A stretch of DNA of 64,000 bases from an uncultured Methylomirabilota bacterium (GTDB taxonomy: Bacteria; Methylomirabilota; Methylomirabilia; Methylomirabilales; 2-02-FULL-66-22): the NCBI GenBank assembly GCA_963845565.1, contig CAWJSJ010000005.1:64001-128000 (forward strand). Reading direction: 5' to 3'. The notes beneath the pieces were generated by a model. It saw only the letters and a program-made list of their open reading frames with translations. It did no database searches and was not told the origin of the DNA. The translations under genes were made by a program, and so were the position numbers. Positions 31,032-42,880 of the stretch are shown in pieces. How positions within the stretch are numbered: the first letter of the stretch is position 1; each line of letters begins with the position of its first letter.

Positions 31032-32000
31032 ATGGCCGATCTACGCGAGTTCATCGTCGATGCGGCGGATGCCGGGCAGCGCCTGGATGTCTTCGTGGCC
31101 CGCGTCAGCGGTCTTTCGCGCGCCCGGGTGCACGCCCTGATCGAGGCGGGGTCCGTCCGCGTCGCGGACCACCCGCAGAAGCCGCGGTACGCGGTCAAAT
31201 CCGGGGACCGTGTGGCGCTGACGGTCCCACCCGCCGAACCCCTGGCCCTCACGCCCGAACCGATTCCCCTCGAGATCCTTTACGAGGACGACCACCTGCT
31301 GGTCCTGAACAAGCCGGCGGGACTCGTCGTCCATCCCGGCGCCGGGCGGGCGACCGGAACGCTGGTTCACGCGCTCCTGGCCCACTGCCCGAACCTGCCC
31401 GGGATCGGGGGAGTGGAACGGCCGGGTATCGTGCACCGACTGGACCGCGACACCTCGGGGGTGATGGTGGTGGCGAAGAGCGAGGCCGCGCACCGATCGC
31501 TGAGCCTGCAATTCAAGAACCGCATCGTCCGGAAGCGGTATCTGGCCCTGGTGTATGGCGCGGTGCGACAGGAGGCGGGGCGGATCGAGGCCCCCATCGG
31601 GCGGCGGGAGCGCGACCGGAAGCGGATGGGAGTGAAAATGGAGGGCGGGCGGACGGCCCGGACGACCTACCGCGTCCTGCGCCGGCTACCCGACATGACG
31701 CTGGTCGAACTGGGGCTCGAAACGGGGCGCACCCACCAGATCCGGGTTCATCTCGCCCACATCGGCCATCCCGTGGTGGGCGACGAGGTGTACGGCGGTC
31801 GCCGCGAACGGCGTGGCGCGGCGGGCGCCCCGCGTGCGCCCCGACAATTGCTGCACGCCTGGCGGCTCGGGTTCCGCCATCCGACGGGCGGGGAGTGGTT
31901 GGAGTTTGCGGCGCCGATCCCCGCCGATTTCACGACCGTGGCCGCTCTCGACCCGGTGGACCTGTCGAATCCTCCGTCGGGTCGCCGCTCGTCTCCCTGA
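31032..32000 (+). CDS. RluA/RluD family pseudouridine synthase
   Basis: S4 domain, NKPAGLVVHP, HRLDRDTSG, TGRTHQIRVH. Confidence 0.93.
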   Translation: MADLREFIVDAADAGQRLDVFVARVSGLSRARVHALIEAGSVRVADHPQKPRYAVKSGDRVALTVPPAEPLALTPEPIPLEILYEDDHLLVLNKPAGLVVHPGAGRATGTLVHALLAHCPNLPGIGGVERPGIVHRLDRDTSGVMVVAKSEAAHRSLSLQFKNRIVRKRYLALVYGAVRQEAGRIEAPIGRRERDRKRMGVKMEGGRTARTTYRVLRRLPDMTLVELGLETGRTHQIRVHLAHIGHPVVGDEVYGGRRERRGAAGAPRAPRQLLHAWRLGFRHPTGGEWLEFAAPIPADFTTVAALDPVDLSNPPSGRRSSP

Positions 32001-34735
32001 CCGGGGTCAACTCCTCAATCACCCGCAGCAGTTCCTGCAAGCGCACCGGCTTGTGGAGGATGCGGTCCACCAGGCCGGGGCCGGCCGTCTCCTCCGTTTG
32101 CTGGTCTGCCCAGCCGGTCAGCAGCACCACGGGGCAGGTCGGGACGCGGGCCTTGACGGCCGCCGCCACATCCCAGCCGGTGACCTCGGGCATGCTGAGG
32201 TCGGTGAGGACCAGCTCCGCCGGTTCTTCGGTGAAGCGCATCAAGCCCTCGCCGCCGCTGGCGGCCTCGGTGATGCGGTGGCCGGCGGTGCGCAGCAGAC
32301 TGGCGATGGTTCCTCGGACGCGCGGGTCGTCATCGACGACGAGGACGCGGCGGGAGGGGCGACGGCCGGGAGGCCGGGCCGGCGCGGTCGGAGGGCGCTC
32401 GGGTACAGTCCGAAAGCGCAGCGTGAAGGTCGTACCGTGTCCGGGTGTGCTGCCGGCCACGATACTTCCCCCATGGCGTTCCATGATGCCGTACACCATG
32501 GACAGGCCCAATCCGGTTCCCCGACCGCCCTTTGTCGTGAAGAAGGGCTCGAACGCTTGGCGCCGAACGGCATCCGTCATCCCGACGCCGGTGTCGGTCA
32601 CGGTGAGCTCGACGAGTTGAGACCCCTGGTCACGACGCCCGCTGACCGATTCCGGCGGCAGGGGCATGCGTTCTTCGCCGTCGCCCGTTGACGACTCGGC
32701 CGATTGCCCTGCCGACGGTTCGACGACGCGACCGGCGAACCACAACGCTCCCCCCTCGGGCATGGCGTCCACGGCGTTCAGGATGAGGTTGGTGAGGGCC
32801 TCCCGAATCTCCGACACCCGCCCCAGGACCGGCGGCAGGCCGTGCAGGTCGGTCTTGACCTCGATCAGTCGCCCCTGTCGCTGGGCGTCGTCCCGCCAGT
32901 GGGGCCGGGTGATCTCCAGCGCTTCGGTGACCGCGCGGGCGAGATCGCAGGGGACCAGCGCGCCGGCTGGCTGCTGCCGGGAGAATCCCTGCAGGCGGCG
33001 CACCACCTGGGCGCCATCCGCCGCCGCCACCTCCAGGATGCCAAGCGCGTCGATGATCTCCGGTTCCGCGGTCAGCGCGTGCATGAGTTCCGCCTGGCCG
33101 AGGATGGCGGCCAGGGTGTTGTTCAGGTCGTGGGCGATCCCGGCTGCCAGTTGCCCCAGAGCCCGGAGCTTCTCGGCCCGAACCAGTTCCTCCTGCGCCC
33201 GCTGGAGATCGGTGTACGAGCGATTGAGTTCCGCAAAGAGCCGGGCATTTTCGACGGCGATGGCGGCTTGCGCGGCGAAGAGGGCGAGGACCTCACCGTC
33301 TTCGCCGGTGAAGCGTTTGCCGGACCCTTCGTTGTCGAGGGCGATCACCCCGCCCAACCGTTCGCGATACAACAGCGGCTCCCCGATGACCGCCGTGACC
33401 CCGGGCCTTCGCAGGCTATCCGGGGTGGCGAAGGGGGACGTCCGGTAGTCGTTGACGATCATTCCCTGGCGCCGTGCCGCCACGGTTCCGGCCACGCCTT
33501 CCCCCAGGCGCCGGACCCGGGTGCCCGTCGGCGCTCCCGGGCTGAGCCAGGAGTGCGACACGAGGGCCTGCCGGTCCGCATCCCAGAGATAGAGCGTCCC
33601 CGACAGCGCGCCGACCAATTCCGCCGCGCGCCGCGCGATCAGGTTCAGCAGCGTGGTCGGATCCAGTTCGCGGGTGATCTCGGCACTGACGGTCCGGATG
33701 GCCTCCAGTTGGCGGGTGCGCCCGATCAGCGCGCGCTCCGTGCGCTTCAGCGCGGTGATGTTCCGGCTGATGCCGACCACGCCGACGATGCCTCCCCGGC
33801 TATCCCGCAAGGGCACCTTGGTCGTCAGGTGCCACGCCGGCTCGTCGTCGTCCCGACTCGGTCCCCGCTCTTCGTGATTCAGGAGGGGTTCGCCGGACCG
33901 GACCACACACTCCTCGTCGGAGCGGTACTGGGCCGCCAACGCGGCGGGCAAGAAATCCTGGTCGGTCTTCCCGACCGCCTCTTCCGGCGAGCGAACCCCG
34001 AGCAGGGCGGCCTGGGCGCGGTTGATCATCACGAAACGGCTCTGCGGGTCCTTGATGAAGATGTAGTCCGGGAGGTTGTCGATCAGGGTGCGCAGGAGGT
34101 TCCGTTCCGTCGCGAGGGCCGCCTCCGCCTCCTCGCGGGCAGTGACGTCCTGTGCGATGGCGATGAGATGGCTGATGGCGCCGGTCTGGTCCTTGACCGG
34201 GGTGATGGTCTGCTCCTCCGTGTACGGAGTTCCATCTTTCCGGGAGACGGCGATCTCACCATGCCACGGGCAACCGGACAGCGCGATCTCTTGCAGAATC
34301 CGGTCGAAGGTGGCGTTCCTGGCCCGTCACGCCTTGGTGATGGAGCGGCCGGCCGATGGCCTCTTCTGCCGCGTATCCCGTCAGGCGGGTAAACGCCGAG
34401 TTCACCCAGAGGACGCTCCCGGTGGCATCGGCAATGGCGACGGCGTTGGCCGCCGCCTGCAGGGCGGCACCGTGGACGCGCAAGGCGGTTTCGGTTGACC
34501 GGACCAGGGCGTCCCGGTGCTCGATCTTGGCGATCTCCCGGCGGACGAACAGGTAGAGAAACAGGCCGGTGCTGGCCACGAAGGCCCAGCCCTTCGCCGT
34601 TTGCAGGCGGGTCAGGAGGAGCGGATCGCTGGTGAGGGCAGCCAGCACGCGGTCGGACAGAATGATCCACGCGCCGGCAGCCAGGGCATACCACAGCGTG
34701 AGACGGAGTGCGGGATGCAGTGTTGGGATTCTCAT
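31930..34735 (-). pseudogene. membrane PAS-PAS-GAF hybrid histidine kinase, +1 frameshift near 34317
   Basis: 34735-34320 encodes TMs and the start of a PAS domain; PAS continues in another frame into AHDLNN H-box, NAVDAM, GTGLGL and a receiver domain. Confidence 0.8.
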
Positions 34736-34893
34736 GACCCGGGACACGGCCACGCCCGGCACGCGGATCGTCCGACAGGACTCCCTCGTTCGATCCGAGA
34801 GCGCACCGGCGTCCGGCGCCGCGCGACGGGCGCGCCATTTCGCGTTGCACGGGAATCGGCGTGGCCGCGGCCGATCCGGCGGAACACCGGACG

Positions 34894-35094
34894 TCAGGCG
34901 GCGACGCGCACCTGGGTCGCCTTGGGGCGGCCCCGATCATCCTGGCCCACCTCGAATTCGACGACTTCGCCTTCGCGCAACGTCCGCCCGGCTTCGACGT
35001 CGCTGGCGTGCACGAAGACGTCCGGTCCATTATCGTCCCGCACGAGAAATCCGAAACGCTTCGTGACGTTAAACCACTTTACCTTTCCCTTCAT
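34894..35094 (-). CDS. cold-shock domain protein
   Basis: MKGKVKWFN..KRFGFL, DVFVHAS; GAGGAGG RBS. Confidence 0.93.
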   Translation of the reverse strand: MKGKVKWFNVTKRFGFLVRDDNGPDVFVHASDVEAGRTLREGEVVEFEVGQDDRGRPKATQVRVAA

Positions 35095-35182
35095 GGTGCC
35101 CCTCCTCCCCGTGGTGAAACTGCACTGCAGCGGCCGACGACTGGCTGAGAACCGTTCGCCGGCAAGGGCGACTCCCATCGCC

Positions 35183-36127
35183 TCAATTGCTGATCGCCGC
35201 GAGGCCGTCGTCGGCCGCAACGTCGTTGGCATGGTTGAGCTCCGAGAGGCCGCGCCCCTGGAGGTCGAACAGGAAGAGTTTGAGTTTGCCGCCCAGTCGG
35301 TCCGATTCGAACACGATGAACCGGCCATCCGCGCTGATGGCGGGGAAGCCGTCGAAGGCGGTCGGATGATTCGCCTCCGGAAGCGCATCGAGCACCCGTC
35401 GTTCGCGATCGAAGAGAAAGACGTCCTCCTGTCCGCGATGGCGGTCCGATTGGAACACGACGAACCGGCCGTCGGCGCTGATGGAGGGGTAGCCGTCGTT
35501 GGCGTTGGCGCTGTTGGCCTCTTCGAGGGGGTCCAGCGCGCTCCGCTGGCGGTCGAGCAGATACAGGTGGTTTCGACCGCCGCGTCGGTTGGAGGTGAAG
35601 ACCACGAAGCGTCCGGGGAACACCGAGGTGGCGACGCTGACCCGGCCGGCCAGCGAGATGCCGCCACCCGGGCCCGGGGTCCGGACCTCCACCGTCATTT
35701 CGCGCGGGACCGCCAGCAGATGAGCCGGGATCGTGCCGCGCAGCTCCTCTGCGCTCCGGTACGTCGTCGGGATCGGCGTGCCCGTGACGTGGATGGTGGA
35801 GTCCGGCTGGAACGCCTTTCCAAAAACCGTGAGGGGTGTCGGCGGGTCGCCTGCCGCCAGGGGCCGCACCTCGATGACGGCGAGTTGCGGGGCCGGTTTG
35901 GTGGCGTCGCTCGCCGGAGCGGGGCGCGGATCCGGCCCGGCGATCGGGTTCTCGGCGGCATCCGCGCACACGGCGAGGCCGAGGGCGTAGAGTGCGAGAA
36001 GCGCGGCGAGGGCAATGCGGCGCGCGGCATGCCGGACGCGGGATTCGCGTCCGGGAGGGCCGTTCCGCACTCGGCATTCTCCATGCCCCATCCGACGTCG
36101 CGGCGATCCGTACAGGGATGTCGTCAT
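35183..36127 (-). CDS. secreted protein with IPT/TIG-like domain and TolB-like beta-propeller repeats
   Basis: Signal-like segment; repeated [16 protein letters not shown] / [16 protein letters not shown]; start uncertain. Confidence 0.75.
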   Translation of the reverse strand: MTTSLYGSPRRRMGHGECRVRNGPPGRESRVRHAARRIALAALLALYALGLAVCADAAENPIAGPDPRPAPASDATKPAPQLAVIEVRPLAAGDPPTPLTVFGKAFQPDSTIHVTGTPIPTTYRSAEELRGTIPAHLLAVPREMTVEVRTPGPGGGISLAGRVSVATSVFPGRFVVFTSNRRGGRNHLYLLDRQRSALDPLEEANSANANDGYPSISADGRFVVFQSDRHRGQEDVFLFDRERRVLDALPEANHPTAFDGFPAISADGRFIVFESDRLGGKLKLFLFDLQGRGLSELNHANDVAADDGLAAISN

Positions 36128-38238
36128 GGCGTGCCGTCCACGATCCCCAGTCGCCGCCGCTCCAGGTCGGCGATCCGGTCCCGGAGCTCCGCCGCTCTCT
36201 CGAACTCCAGGCCCTTGGCCGCGGCCCGCATCTCCTTGTCCAGCCGGACGACCAGCCCCGGGATCTCCTCGCGGGGAATGTAGTCGACCGCGCGATCGTC
36301 GACGGACGGCACGGTGTAGTAGTCGCGCTCGTAGATGCTGGCCAGCACGTCCTGGATTCCCTTCTTGACGCTCTCGGGGGTGATCCCGTGCTCCTGGTTG
36401 TACGCCAACTGGAGCTGGCGGCGGCGCGAGGTCTCGCCGATGGCCTGTCGCATCGACGCGGTCATCACATCGGCGTAGAAGATCACCTGCCCCTCGACGT
36501 TCCGCGCCGCTCGTCCCGCGGTCTGGATCAGCGAGCCCGCTGACCGGAGGAACCCCTCCTTGTCCGCGTCCAGGATGGCTACCAGGGACACCTCGGGAAT
36601 ATCGAGCCCTTCGCGCAGCAGATTGATCCCGACCAAGACGTCGAATTTCCCGAGGCGGAGATCGCGGATGATCTCGTTCCGCTGCAGCGTGTCGATATCC
36701 GAGTGGAGGTAGCGCACGCGGATCCCCACGTCGGACAGGTAATCGGTCAATTCCTCGGCCATGCGCTTGGTGAGCGTGGTGACGAGGACCCGCTGCGTCC
36801 GGGCGGCGCGCCCCCGGATCTCGTGGATCAGATCGTCGATCTGCCCGGCGGTGGGCCGAACCAGGATCTCGGGATCGATCAGCCCGGTGGGACGGATGAT
36901 CTGCTCCGCCACCTGGCCGGCGGCCCGCTCCATCTCGTAGGGGCCCGGCGTGGCCGAGACGTAGAGCACCTGGTTCACGCAGCGCTCGAACTCGGCAAAG
37001 GTCAGCGGACGGTTGTCCAGGGCCGAGGGGAGCCGGAAGCCATACTCCACCAGCGTCTCCTTGCGCGAGCGGTCGCCGCGGTACATGCCGCGGACCTGCG
37101 GCAACGTCTGGTGGGATTCGTCGATGATGACCAACGCGTCCTTGGGCAGGTAATCCATCAGGGTCGGGGGTGCCTCCCCCGCCTCGCGATCGGAGAGATG
37201 CCGGGAGTAATTCTCGATCCCCTTGCAGGTGCCGATCTCGCGCATCATCTCCAGATCAAAGAGGGTACGCTGGCGCAGGCGCTGCGCCTCGAGGAGTTTG
37301 TTGGCGACCTGAAGCTCCTCCAGTCGAATCGCCAATTCCGCCTCGATGGCGGCAAAGGCGCGCTCCAGACGGTCCCGGGGTGTGACATAGTGGTTGGCGG
37401 GGTAGATCGGGATCCGGCGCAACCGGTGGCGTTTCTCGCCGGTCAAGGGGTCGAACTGGACGATCGTTTCCACCTCGTCTCCGAACAGCTCGACCCGGAT
37501 GGCGAAGTCGTCGTACGCGGGGAAAATCTCGACGACGTCGCCGCGGGCCCGGAATGTCCCCCGATGAAGGTCGAGGTCGTTGCGCTGGTACTGGATCTCG
37601 ACCAGCTTTCGAAGCATGGCGTCCCGGGGGCTCGCGGAGCCCTCCTCCAGGAGGAGCACCATACCGTAGTACACTTCGGGCGACCCCAGGCCGTAGATGC
37701 ACGAGACGGACGCCACGATGACCACGTCGCGCCGCTCCAGGAGGCTCCGGGTGGCGGAGTGGCGCAGCTTATCGATATTGTCGTTGATGAGCGCGTCCTT
37801 CTCGATGTACGTGTCGCTCTGCGGGATGTACGCCTCGGGCTGGTAGTAGTCGTAATAGGAGACGAAGTACTCGACGGCGTTGTGCGGAAAGAACTGCTTG
37901 AACTCGTTATAGAGCTGGGCGGCCAGCGTCTTGTTGTGGGCAACGACGAGCGTGGGACGCTCCACCGTGGCGATCACGTTCGCCATGGTGAACGTCTTCC
38001 CCGAGCCCGTCACGCCCAGGAGCACCTGGTGGCGCTCGCCCGCGCGGAGCCCCTCGGTCAGTTGTGCGATCGCCCTCGGCTGGTCCCCGCGGGGCTGGTA
38101 GTCGCAGACCAGCGTGAAACGGGACTGCCCCTCCGCGCCGGGGTTAGGCCCTGTCGCAGCCGGGTCCGGTCCGACTTCGGACGCGAGGGGGCGTTCGACC
38201 ACCCCGACCCGCCGGCGCGCACCGCGTGTGTTGTTCAC
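36124..38238 (-). CDS. uvrB: excinuclease ABC subunit B
   Basis: [39 protein letters not shown]-terminal UVR domain; start uncertain. Confidence 0.97.
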   Translation of the reverse strand: MNNTRGARRRVGVVERPLASEVGPDPAATGPNPGAEGQSRFTLVCDYQPRGDQPRAIAQLTEGLRAGERHQVLLGVTGSGKTFTMANVIATVERPTLVVAHNKTLAAQLYNEFKQFFPHNAVEYFVSYYDYYQPEAYIPQSDTYIEKDALINDNIDKLRHSATRSLLERRDVVIVASVSCIYGLGSPEVYYGMVLLLEEGSASPRDAMLRKLVEIQYQRNDLDLHRGTFRARGDVVEIFPAYDDFAIRVELFGDEVETIVQFDPLTGEKRHRLRRIPIYPANHYVTPRDRLERAFAAIEAELAIRLEELQVANKLLEAQRLRQRTLFDLEMMREIGTCKGIENYSRHLSDREAGEAPPTLMDYLPKDALVIIDESHQTLPQVRGMYRGDRSRKETLVEYGFRLPSALDNRPLTFAEFERCVNQVLYVSATPGPYEMERAAGQVAEQIIRPTGLIDPEILVRPTAGQIDDLIHEIRGRAARTQRVLVTTLTKRMAEELTDYLSDVGIRVRYLHSDIDTLQRNEIIRDLRLGKFDVLVGINLLREGLDIPEVSLVAILDADKEGFLRSAGSLIQTAGRAARNVEGQVIFYADVMTASMRQAIGETSRRRQLQLAYNQEHGITPESVKKGIQDVLASIYERDYYTVPSVDDRAVDYIPREEIPGLVVRLDKEMRAAAKGLEFERAAELRDRIADLERRRLGIVDGTP

Positions 38239-38242
38239 ATCT

Positions 38243-38629
38243 CTACCGCGTTTTCGAGGGGCCAGGTGGCGCGGGCGGGGTCGCCACCGCGGGGTCTCCG
38301 ACCCGCCAGGCGGGCGCCGCACCGCGTGTCCGGGCGGCGAACTCGGCAAACGGCTCGGTCGGCGCGACGGCGTTGGGGATCACCAGGAGTCGTCCCAGTT
38401 CAAGCCGGTTCGGATTCCGGAGTTGGTCTCGGTTGGCGGTCCAGATGCGTGTCCACTGGCGGGTGTCCCCGTAGTAATAGCCGGCGATCAGGCGCAAGCC
38501 GTCTCCGGGTGTGACCTCATGGAGCAGATCGCCGGCCGCCGCGGCCGTGGCGGGCTGCGGCGCCAGTGCCAGCACGCCCACGACCAGGGCCAGCATCGAA
38601 AACACTCGCATCGCGTGCCGCGTTCCCAT
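38243..38629 (-). CDS. secreted LysM domain protein
   Basis: Signal peptide; [19 protein letters not shown]...IWTAN...NPNRLELG. Confidence 0.85.
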   Translation of the reverse strand: MGTRHAMRVFSMLALVVGVLALAPQPATAAAAGDLLHEVTPGDGLRLIAGYYYGDTRQWTRIWTANRDQLRNPNRLELGRLLVIPNAVAPTEPFAEFAARTRGAAPAWRVGDPAVATPPAPPGPSKTR

Positions 38630-38642
38630 GGCAAACCTCCTG

Positions 38643-39188
38643 TCAGCAGTTCCCCGTGGTCGGCAGTTCGTCCGTCTCGGCCGGCAGGTATCTTCGCCAG
38701 CGCTCGTCATGGTGCGAGGCATACGCCAGGATGCCCAAATAGGATGCCGAGCGGGGTCGGGTGGGTTTGCGCCGCAGCCGCAGGCCGACCTCGCCGGGCG
38801 ACTTGTTTCCCTTGCGGAGATTGCAGGCTCGGCATGCGCTCACCACGTTCTCCCACACCGTGCGTCCGCCGAGGGATTTGGGGATCACGTGATCGATGGT
38901 CATCCGCTCGCCGCCGTTCCGGCCGCAATACTGGCAAGTGAAGGCGTCTCGCTTGAAGATATTCTTCTTGTTGAACGACAACGTTGGCGCGTTCGGTTGT
39001 CTCACAAAATGTTGGAGCCGAATGACCGACGGAATGGGGACGGTCGTGGAGGGAGACCGCATCACGTGGACAGTATCTTCAATCCGCTCGGCTTTGCCGG
39101 CAAACAGCAAAATCACCGCCCTTCGGGCGCTGCAGAGCTGCAACGGCTCGAAGGTCTGGTTCAGGATGAGCACGCGTCGTGAGTCCAT
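38643..39188 (-). CDS. HNH endonuclease
   Basis: RDAFTCQYCG, TIDHVIPKSLGG..WENVVSACRACN..K. Confidence 0.92.
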   Translation of the reverse strand: MDSRRVLILNQTFEPLQLCSARRAVILLFAGKAERIEDTVHVMRSPSTTVPIPSVIRLQHFVRQPNAPTLSFNKKNIFKRDAFTCQYCGRNGGERMTIDHVIPKSLGGRTVWENVVSACRACNLRKGNKSPGEVGLRLRRKPTRPRSASYLGILAYASHHDERWRRYLPAETDELPTTGNC

Positions 39189-39265
39189 AGAACGGTACGG
39201 TGACGCGGCGCCGAGGCCCGGGCGTCGCGCGGGTTGTTCATGTGTAACGCATCACCCCGGCCTTG

Positions 39266-40268
39266 TCAAGTTTCCGCCGGTCGGTCGGCGGGCGTGTCGC
39301 GGCCGAGCAGGTCCAGCAAGATCCCCTCCCGCAGCCCGCCATCGCTGACCATGAGGCTGCCGGCGCCCAGGGCGTCCATGGCCGCCAGGCACACCGCCGT
39401 CCCGGCCACCATGACGTCCGCCCGTCCCGCTTCGAGCCCGCGGACCTCCCGCCGGCGTGCGAGCGGGAGGGACGCCAACCGGCACAGCAGCTCCGCGACC
39501 CGCTCCCGTGTCAGCCGGTGCCCGTTGACACGGGCCGGGTCGTACGGATCCAGGCCGAGGTCGACGGCCGCCAGGCTCGTCACCGTCCCGGCGGTTCCCA
39601 CCAAGACGGCCTCGCGCGTCAGGCCGTGGAATTCCTCCCGCAGGAGGCGGGCGAACCGGCTCGCGGCGACTTGCCGCAGGGCATCCATCTCACCGGGATC
39701 GGGAGGGTCCGCCTTGAGGAACCGTTCGGTCAGCTTCACCACCCCCAACCCGGTGCTGGCAGAGGCGAGGATCCGTGGCCCATCGGCCAGGAGGAGCTCG
39801 GTGCTCCCACCGCCGATGTCCAGCATGACCAGACGATCGGGGGGTGTCGGCAATCCGGCGCGGACCCCCAGGAGGGTGAGCCGCCCCTCCTCCGTCCCGG
39901 AGATGACCGCGATCTCGATCCCGGCGTCGCGTCGGGCGCGCGCCAGGAACGCGGCACGATTGACGGCCTCACGCAGGGCGCTGGTGCCGACGGCACGGAT
40001 GATGGCCGCGCCCTGAGTCTCGGCCGTCTCGCGAAAGCGCCGGAGGGCGTGGAGCGTGCGCCGGATCGGGGCCGGCTGCAGTATCTTGTCGGGAAGCAAC
40101 CCCTCGCCCAGGCGGGTGATCTCCTGATCGGTCAACAGGGGTCGGTAGGCGGACCCGCCTACGCGGTCCGCCACCAGCAACCGTACCGTATTGGTACCGA
40201 CGTCTATGACCGCGATCGCATGGGCTGATTGACGATTGACGATTGCGGATTGTCGATTGGAAGACACG
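39266..40268 (-). CDS. Ppx/GppA family exopolyphosphatase
   Basis: IDVGTNTVR, GTSALREA, DIGGGSTE, GLREG; start uncertain (GTG 40268 lies within the repeat pair). Confidence 0.9.
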
Positions 40269-40316
40269 CGGCGCCCCCGTCGCCAAATCGACAATCGCCA
40301 TTCGTCAATCGTCAAT
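40226..40316. repeat. inverted pair of tandem heptamer arrays (GATTGAC-type)
   Basis: gattgac gattgac gattgcg gattgtc gattgga ... atcgaca atcgcca ttcgtca atcgtca. Confidence 0.8.
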
Positions 40317-42122
40317 TCCTTGGGCCAGCTTGGCGATGAGCGACTTGTCCGGGGGCACCACGATCGACTTCTCCTGCGTGATCGTCACCAAGCCCGGCTT
40401 GGACTTCCGCGGTTTGCGCACGTACTTGCGCAGGGTGTAGTCCACCACCACCTTCCCGTGATCGCGCGCCTGGCTATAGTAGGCGGCGAGCTGAGCGGCC
40501 TCGACCAGCGTCCGACGGGGAAACCCGCTGGTCCGAGTTCGGGGGCGGACGACAACGTGCGATCCCGAGAAACCCTGCACGTGCAGCCAGAGATCCTCCG
40601 ACCGGGCGAGGTGCACGGTCAGGTAGTCGTTCCCCTCGTTGTCTCGACCCACCAGGATGGGCAGCCCATCCGACGAGACGAAGCGACGCGGCACGGGCCC
40701 GGCCGGGCGACCATCTTTGCCCGGGCGCTCCGGACGCGGACCGGGCCGTCCGGTCGGAACCGCGTGGGGTACCAACGCCGTTATGGCGGCCAGGTCGCGC
40801 GGGCCCAAGAGGCGTGGCACCTGCTCGAGTTCCCGCTGGAGCGCTTCCATCTCTTCGGCGGGGTCGGCCGCCCGAGCGCCCCAGGCCTGCACCCGGGCCA
40901 GTTCGGCCTCGGTCTCGGCAAGACGCGTCGTCACCCGCGTCGCGCCCCGACGGCCCCGGCGCGCCGCCTTGAAGAGGCGCTCCGCGTTGGCAGACGGGGA
41001 GACCGACGGGTCCAGGGGAACGACCAGGGTGGCACCTGCCCCTTGGGCCGGATCGGGGAGCGTCACCTGCGTCGCCCCCCGGGAAACCTCTGCCTGATGG
41101 GCGACCAGGATTTCGCCCATGCGCTGCTGGATCTGGGCGCGACCGAATTCTCGGGATTCATCGAGCAGCTTGGCCTGCCGGGAACGGAGGCGCTCCTCCA
41201 GGCGACGGAGGAGCCGGCTGAGGATTCGCCGGCGGACATCACGAGAGTGGCGTGCGGTCAGCGAGTCGGCCAAGCGCTCGGTCGCATCGTGAAGCGACGG
41301 GCAGGCCCGCTGTCGATCGTCCGGCAGGTGACGAAGCCGGAGGGGAGACATCTCGGTCGGATCCCCGGTCGTGTCAAGGATGACCGTGGGTTCCCAGGGC
41401 CCGGATTCGATCTCGCGAAGCAGTGCGACGAGCGCGGCCGCCAGGTTCGTCGCAGTCTCCTCGGTTGCCCGCGCGGCGACCTCGTGCGCCCAGCGGTCCG
41501 TGAGGCCGAGGAACGCCCGGCGCAGGGCCGAGACCGCTCCGGCCCCTCCCGCCAGGCAGGGCGCCAGAGCAGCCTGGACGGCCTCGCGGGAGCCGAGGAG
41601 CCGGGCATCCGCCCGTGCAGCGACCGGAGGAGGCGTGTAGGGGCTGCCGATCTCGAGCGTCCGCGCTGCGGCCGCCGGGCTAGGCCGCACGGCTTCGAGG
41701 ACGGTCTCGGCGGATGCGTCCGTCAGGATGAGATTCGGACGGGACCCGAACAACTCGGCATGCAGGTGGTAACGACTCGGGGGCGCCGCCCCGGAGGCTG
41801 GGGCCACCAGCACGGCGAATTCGAGGGTGACCATCCGTTCCAGCCCGCGCTGCTCGATCGTCTCCAGGCGAGTACCGGGGAGGACGCGGCGGGCCGCGCC
41901 GACGAAAGGGGGGAGGGTCTTGGCCCGTGGCGGCCGACCGGCGCCACGAACGATCCTGGGGAGCAACTCGTCGGCGCTGACCAGCACGCTCTCGACGCCT
42001 TGGGTGGTTACCAGCTCCATCCAAAGGCCCGACGAGCCTGCCGGGTACACCCCCCGCACCAGGGCGCCCGTCAGGGCACGCCGCGCATCTGCGACCAGGG
42101 CCAGAAGCGATATCGCATCCAT
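40305..42122 (-). CDS. NFACT/Rqc2-FbpA family ribosome quality-control protein (RqcH-like)
   Basis: ELFGSRPNLIL, NAERLFK, ILVGRDNEGND, WLHVQGFSGSHVV, AAQLAAYYS, VRKPR. Confidence 0.88.
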   Translation of the reverse strand: MDAISLLALVADARRALTGALVRGVYPAGSSGLWMELVTTQGVESVLVSADELLPRIVRGAGRPPRAKTLPPFVGAARRVLPGTRLETIEQRGLERMVTLEFAVLVAPASGAAPPSRYHLHAELFGSRPNLILTDASAETVLEAVRPSPAAAARTLEIGSPYTPPPVAARADARLLGSREAVQAALAPCLAGGAGAVSALRRAFLGLTDRWAHEVAARATEETATNLAAALVALLREIESGPWEPTVILDTTGDPTEMSPLRLRHLPDDRQRACPSLHDATERLADSLTARHSRDVRRRILSRLLRRLEERLRSRQAKLLDESREFGRAQIQQRMGEILVAHQAEVSRGATQVTLPDPAQGAGATLVVPLDPSVSPSANAERLFKAARRGRRGATRVTTRLAETEAELARVQAWGARAADPAEEMEALQRELEQVPRLLGPRDLAAITALVPHAVPTGRPGPRPERPGKDGRPAGPVPRRFVSSDGLPILVGRDNEGNDYLTVHLARSEDLWLHVQGFSGSHVVVRPRTRTSGFPRRTLVEAAQLAAYYSQARDHGKVVVDYTLRKYVRKPRKSKPGLVTITQEKSIVVPPDKSLIAKLAQGIDD

Positions 42123-42277
42123 GGGGCGCACTATACTCCAGCAGCCCGGCCACTGCCAGCCCAGCGTCGGCCCATCCGTGCCTTTCGCTTGACAGGCGCT
42201 CCCCCTCTGCGCCATCCTGCGTCCGTGCCTGGACGCGGCGGGGAGGGCGGCCGTCCGGGGTGGAGCGTACGGACCGA

Positions 42278-42880
42278 ATGGTCAAGCCGTGTCTCGTACT
42301 CCTGGCCGGCGGGGCGGCTAGCGGGAAGAGTGGGTTGGCGCGAGCGCTGGTTCGCCGCGTGCCCAATGCCATCCTCCTCGACAAGGATCGCCTCCTCGGC
42401 GCGTGGGTCGATCTCGTCTTGCGGGCCGCCGGCGAGGAGGTTGACCGCGACAGCCGATACTACTGGCAAGAGGTGCGGCCCCAGGAATATGCCACGCTGG
42501 AAGCGGCCGCGTACGATCATCTGGCATTGGGCAAAGTCGTGGTCATCGATGCGCCGCTCCGGCCGGAATTGAACGATCCGGTGTGGGTGGCGCGTGTTCG
42601 GAAGGAATGCCAGGCGCGGGCGGCGCACCTGATGGCGATCTGGGTGGTCGTGTCACCCGACACGGCCCGGCGGCGCATGCTGGCGCGGGGCGAGGCGCGC
42701 GATGCCTGGAAGCTCGCGCATTGGGAGGAATTCCTGCGGCGGCAGCCCTACGACCCGCCCGCGGGCGCCTCGGTCGTGATCGAGAACGACGACGGGGAAT
42801 CGCCGGATCGCTCGATCACGCGCCTGCTCGACACCATCCGGTCTCGAACGGCAACGGATAGCGAGGGGACATCATCATGA
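42278..42880 (+). CDS. P-loop kinase (AAA_33-like)
   Basis: GGAASGKS Walker A, LDKD, VVIDAP, RRRMLARG. Confidence 0.8.
   Translation: MVKPCLVLLAGGAASGKSGLARALVRRVPNAILLDKDRLLGAWVDLVLRAAGEEVDRDSRYYWQEVRPQEYATLEAAAYDHLALGKVVVIDAPLRPELNDPVWVARVRKECQARAAHLMAIWVVVSPDTARRRMLARGEARDAWKLAHWEEFLRRQPYDPPAGASVVIENDDGESPDRSITRLLDTIRSRTATDSEGTSS

Noticed and set aside
31930..32000. 71-bp convergent overlap of the RluD-family gene and the hybrid kinase
   Set aside because: Only low-complexity C-terminal tails overlap; common in high-GC genomes.
38643..39188. HNH endonuclease as a defence or homing element
   Set aside because: Matches the common stand-alone chromosomal HNH type among core genes; no methyltransferase, intron or flanking repeats seen.
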